A stretch of DNA of 64,000 bases, from the IMG/VR virus record IMGVR_UViG_2850711898_000002. One strand, given 5' to 3'. Made by a program: the position numbers and the translations under genes. Positions 60,323-64,000 of the stretch are shown in pieces. The number at the start of each line of letters is the position of its first letter. Position 1 is the first letter of the stretch. The notes below the pieces were generated by a model, which saw only the letters and a list, made by a program, of their open reading frames with translations, had not been told where the DNA came from and did not search any database. The DNA is from an uncultured virus (IMG/VR IMGVR_UViG_2850711898_000002). Its lineage: Duplodnaviria > Heunggongvirae > Uroviricota > Caudoviricetes.

Positions 60323-62611
60323 ATGGCTGAGTTGAATTTAGCGTTGAAGCTGAAAGCGCAAGACCAAGCAAGCCGTGTATTTCGACGAGCGCAATCGCAG
60401 ATTACGCAAAGCACACGTGCTATGGCACAAGCGCGTGAAAGGTTAGGCGTGCGAAGTGAACATAAAATCCAACAAGAAATTAATCATACCATTGCCGCTT
60501 ATAACCGATTAAAACGTAGTGGCACAGCCACTAGTCGCGAATTAGCGCGTGCGGCTGAAGCGACGCGCTCAAAAATTGCTGGGCTTAATGCGGAAATGGG
60601 GAAAACCACGTGGGGGCAACGATTAGGCAATGTTGGTCGAAATATTGCGGGTGCAACGGTAGGTGTTGCCGCTGGTGCAGCGGTTGCTGTACCCAAAATT
60701 AGAAAGGCGGCAGATTATGATCTTGAAGTGGCAAAAATTGCAAATACAGCTTATTCAGGTGCAAGTATAGAAGAAAAGACAAAAGGTAAAGAAAAAATCC
60801 ATGGCGCAATTAAAGCGTCGCTAAATTATGGCGGCACAAAAGAAGATGCATTAGGGGCTGTTGGACGTTTAATTGGTGAAGGCAATGTTTCAGTTGAGGA
60901 CGCATTAAAACTTTTGCCAACGATTCAAATGAACGCTACTGCAACTGGGGCAAGCACTGATGATATTGCCGCATTAGTCAATTCATTGCTGAATTTCGGC
61001 ATTAAAGTTGATGATATTCAACAAGCACTTGATTATGCCAGTGCGTCGGGTAAAGCGGGCGGTTTTGAATTAAAAGATATGGCGCGTTATGCCCCTGAAT
61101 TTCTTTCAGCCGCAGGCAATGCTGGCTTGGGGGGATTGGAAGACTTAAAACAGGTGTTTAAAGGTGCGCAACAAGTTTATAAGGTTTCAGGCGGTACGGG
61201 ACAAAGCTCAACTAACTTAGTCAATTTCTTTTCAAAACTGCGTTCTAGTGATACAGCAAAAAAATTTGAAAAATTAGAAGTTTATGATCCCAAAACTAAG
61301 AAAACCCATGGTATTGATTTTGAAAAATCCATGACTAACGAAATGAAAACAGGCAAAAATGCGATTGAAGCCTTTATGAGCATAATTGATCAGGTGCTTG
61401 CAAGCGATAGAACGTATCAAAAACTGCTAAAAAAACTTAATAACGCAAAAGACGATAAAGAAGCGCAAGCTATTGCAGAGCGTATAGCGAAATATGTGGA
61501 AACCACAAAACTTGCTGAAGTGATGCCAGATATTCAAGCAGGCACGGCAATGTTTGCAATGCGTCGTGATAAAAATACGGCTCAAAATGTAGATGAGCAA
61601 TATGCCATTGCTGAAAAAGGCAACTTCAACAAAGAAGATTTTGATTTTATGCGCCAACAAAATTCAGTTCGTTTTCAGATTGCTAAAAACAAACAGGAAA
61701 TGAATTCAATTGAAAACTGGAATGGTGCAAATGATAGATTAGGAAATGCCGCAGACTGGTTAAGTGAAAATATAGAAGAATTTCCAAATTTAACCAAAGC
61801 CGTTGTTGGTGCGACTGACGCGTTACAAATTTTCAGTGCAGGACTTGCTGGGTTTTCTCTAGTTAATTTATTAACGGGCGGGAAAATGGGGGGCGGTGCT
61901 TTAGGTAAAGTGACCCAAGGCGCAGCAACAACATCAGCGATTGCGAATGGAGCTGGCAAATTACTCAATATAGGCGGAAAAGTCGCTACTGCAACTGGTG
62001 CAGCAATGGTTGTAGGTGGTTTAATGATTGCTGGAGAACAACTTACAACGGAAGAAGCGAAGACTGAAGAAAAAGCCGAAGCCAAAACTGCGCAAGAAAA
62101 GCAGTTAGAAAACCAATTTTATGCCAATGCTTACGGTGGCAATAAACCGACCACAACCCATTACGCACCGCAAGGTTTCGGTTATAACAAAAATTCAGTC
62201 TGGGGGACGGCTTCTCGCTCGGGCGAAGTGGCTGAAATTGCACGTAAAGATGAAGTGGCAAAGGTGCGTTTAGAGCGTGGCACATTGAATCAAGCCGAAT
62301 ACAACGAGCGTATGCGTCAAAGTGCGGTGAAAATTGCGGAAATTCGCAATCAGGGGAAAGGCTATTCAGGTTTATCTGTAGCGGCTAATGACACCGACTC
62401 CGCTTTAAGTCGCACACTGGGTGATTTATCTAGCTTGGCTAACTATCAAGCTGATTTTCAGCATTTTGGGCAAACCATTAGCGACGGATTAAAAACCGCC
62501 ATTGAAAGCCAAAATTTCACGATTCAAAACGAAATCAAGGTGGATTTAGACGGACGGATTGTGGCTGAACAAACGTCTCAGTATCAATATCAAGACTTAA
62601 AACGGGGGTAA
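60323..62611 (+). CDS. Tape measure protein gp42
   Basis: LGVRSEHKIQQEI, GKAGGFELKDMA, VDLDGR. Confidence 0.88.
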   Translation: MAELNLALKLKAQDQASRVFRRAQSQITQSTRAMAQARERLGVRSEHKIQQEINHTIAAYNRLKRSGTATSRELARAAEATRSKIAGLNAEMGKTTWGQRLGNVGRNIAGATVGVAAGAAVAVPKIRKAADYDLEVAKIANTAYSGASIEEKTKGKEKIHGAIKASLNYGGTKEDALGAVGRLIGEGNVSVEDALKLLPTIQMNATATGASTDDIAALVNSLLNFGIKVDDIQQALDYASASGKAGGFELKDMARYAPEFLSAAGNAGLGGLEDLKQVFKGAQQVYKVSGGTGQSSTNLVNFFSKLRSSDTAKKFEKLEVYDPKTKKTHGIDFEKSMTNEMKTGKNAIEAFMSIIDQVLASDRTYQKLLKKLNNAKDDKEAQAIAERIAKYVETTKLAEVMPDIQAGTAMFAMRRDKNTAQNVDEQYAIAEKGNFNKEDFDFMRQQNSVRFQIAKNKQEMNSIENWNGANDRLGNAADWLSENIEEFPNLTKAVVGATDALQIFSAGLAGFSLVNLLTGGKMGGGALGKVTQGAATTSAIANGAGKLLNIGGKVATATGAAMVVGGLMIAGEQLTTEEAKTEEKAEAKTAQEKQLENQFYANAYGGNKPTTTHYAPQGFGYNKNSVWGTASRSGEVAEIARKDEVAKVRLERGTLNQAEYNERMRQSAVKIAEIRNQGKGYSGLSVAANDTDSALSRTLGDLSSLANYQADFQHFGQTISDGLKTAIESQNFTIQNEIKVDLDGRIVAEQTSQYQYQDLKRG

Positions 62612-62614
62612 AAG

Positions 62615-63952
62615 ATGGCTGGTTGGACAATGCCTGTGCAACGTGCGAGTTTTCGTGGCGTGCGTTTTGATGTGCTTTCGGTGGATGATGATGTCTATCG
62701 CTCAACCATTGAGCATACTTATCCTTTCGTCAATGGCGCGGACGTGGAAGATTTGGGATTAAATCCATTAACCGTGCGTATGCAAGCCGTATTTTATGGG
62801 ACAGGCTATTACACGGACTTTAAGAAATTTTTAAGCGTGTTACAAAAATCAGGGGCGGCAACATTAGTGCATCCGATTCGTGGGCGTTTGCAAAATATGA
62901 TTTGCACCGGGGCGAGTTTTCATCACGAAGCAGAAATGATTGATTATGTGGCGTTAGATTTGACTTTTATTGAATCTACGCCAGCTAAACCGATTTTTGT
63001 CTTTAATTATTCCCTATTGGCAAAAATAGATGCCTTACTGACTGAATTAGAAAATTTTGTTGATGATGTGATGGCATTGTATGGCGAATTTATGGAGATT
63101 GTTGCCTTTGCCGCTAATACAAAATCACGTTTGTTGGGTGTTTATGGCGCATTATTTGGCTGTTTTGAGCAAGTGCGCGGGTTATTTGATTTTGACAAAA
63201 CCAAGTATGGTGTGTCGCCTGTCGTGACACAAGATAACTTTAAAGCAAAATATAGCCGTGCTGTGCGTGATTTGGTAACCATGATTGATTCTGGGTTGCG
63301 CCAAATTGCTGCACGCAAGGACTTAACCCTGCGTGCAAAATTTGATGAGGTACTCCGCACAATACGTCAAATCAAGCATATTCCTGCTGATTTAGTGAGT
63401 GGTAAGAATATTAAATCTGCCAAAGAACAAGCGGCGTTGAAATCATTAACGACCTCTTTTAGTAAGGACGATACTGAATCTGTGCATTTAATGATGCAGT
63501 TAGCCTCTAGTGTTGCTTTGTTGCGTATTGCCACTGAATTGGTAGAGGACGATGATTTATTGCCACAGGATATTGAGTACATCACGACTCAAGTGCGGTC
63601 ACAAATTATGGATAATTTACAATTGTTACGCAAACAAGCAGACGATGAACATCGTGGGGAAAATATCACGGTATTAACCACGCCTAATACGAGTTTTTAT
63701 ACGGCTGCGCACAATACGGCAGAGCAATTACGCAATAAAGCGCATAAGTTTACTCAACTTGCCCTTGCGGCAATTAATCGTAAACCGCCTTTAATGGTGC
63801 GTGAGGTGCCATTTAGCGGTACTGTGCAACAAATTGCACATGCATTTTATCAGGATTACAAACGTGCAGATGAATTATTAAGATTGAATCCGCAGATCCG
63901 TTATCCGAATTTTGTTGAGCGTGGGGAGTGGTTAAACAGCTATGTCAAATAA
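62615..63952 (+). CDS. DNA circularisation protein N (gp43)
   Basis: ASFRGVRFDV, VEDLG, LVHP, RADELLRLNP. Confidence 0.9.
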   Translation: MAGWTMPVQRASFRGVRFDVLSVDDDVYRSTIEHTYPFVNGADVEDLGLNPLTVRMQAVFYGTGYYTDFKKFLSVLQKSGAATLVHPIRGRLQNMICTGASFHHEAEMIDYVALDLTFIESTPAKPIFVFNYSLLAKIDALLTELENFVDDVMALYGEFMEIVAFAANTKSRLLGVYGALFGCFEQVRGLFDFDKTKYGVSPVVTQDNFKAKYSRAVRDLVTMIDSGLRQIAARKDLTLRAKFDEVLRTIRQIKHIPADLVSGKNIKSAKEQAALKSLTTSFSKDDTESVHLMMQLASSVALLRIATELVEDDDLLPQDIEYITTQVRSQIMDNLQLLRKQADDEHRGENITVLTTPNTSFYTAAHNTAEQLRNKAHKFTQLALAAINRKPPLMVREVPFSGTVQQIAHAFYQDYKRADELLRLNPQIRYPNFVERGEWLNSYVK

Positions 63953-64000
63953 TTACCCTTATGAAAATGATGTTACGCTGGAAGTGGACGGTAAAGCCCA
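63942..64000 (+). CDS. Baseplate hub gp44/P, 3'-partial
   Basis: MSNNYPYENDVTLEVDGK; Mu synteny. Confidence 0.6.
   Translation, partial: MSNNYPYENDVTLEVDGKA

Larger units (their letters stand above)
35492..64000 (+). mobile_element. Mu-like (FluMu-type) transposable prophage, continues beyond the window
   Basis: c, ner, A, B, gemA, mor, lysis, terminase, portal, F, G, I, T, sheath, tube, TMP, N in Mu order; many USS. Confidence 0.95.

Noticed and set aside
6703..63585. Numerous 60-170 aa antisense or alternate-frame ORFs in the track
   Set aside because: They lie inside well-supported genes and show no recognisable motifs
1..64000. CRISPR array, cas genes, rRNA, reverse transcriptase/DGR
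   Set aside because: No regularly spaced repeats, and no recognisable Cas, rRNA or RT motifs seen

Overview
The window has three sharply joined blocks. (1) 1-~13488 is the late operon of a lambda-like Pasteurellaceae (Haemophilus-type) prophage, from a ClpP/capsid fusion to tail tip J. It carries AAGTGCGGT uptake sequences, a RelE/HigB-HTH toxin-antitoxin moron and a tail-module recombination scar, and J is cut mid-gene. (2) ~13486-35482 is an AT-rich fragment of a Firmicutes Tn1549-like ICE (helicase C-terminus, relaxase/MobC/oriT, sigma-like regulator, serine recombinase triplet). It carries a defence island: a LlaJI-like restriction-modification system, Gabija, an uncharacterised Zn-ribbon gene pair and an Hna-like helicase-nuclease. 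(3) ~35492-64000 is a FluMu-like transposable prophage from its left end to the start of gp44. Many key genes are broken by single lesions (GajB, helicase-nuclease, all three recombinases, MuA, terminase). The most novel signal is a candidate tRNA-like RNA of ~100 nt with its own predicted sigma70 promoter, convergent on the 3' end of a MuF gene that has a putative RNase-fold C-terminal extension. It may be an RNA antitoxin or decoy. Whether the cross-phylum junctions are biological or an assembly chimera cannot be decided from sequence alone. All family assignments come from motif and synteny recognition, not database searches.
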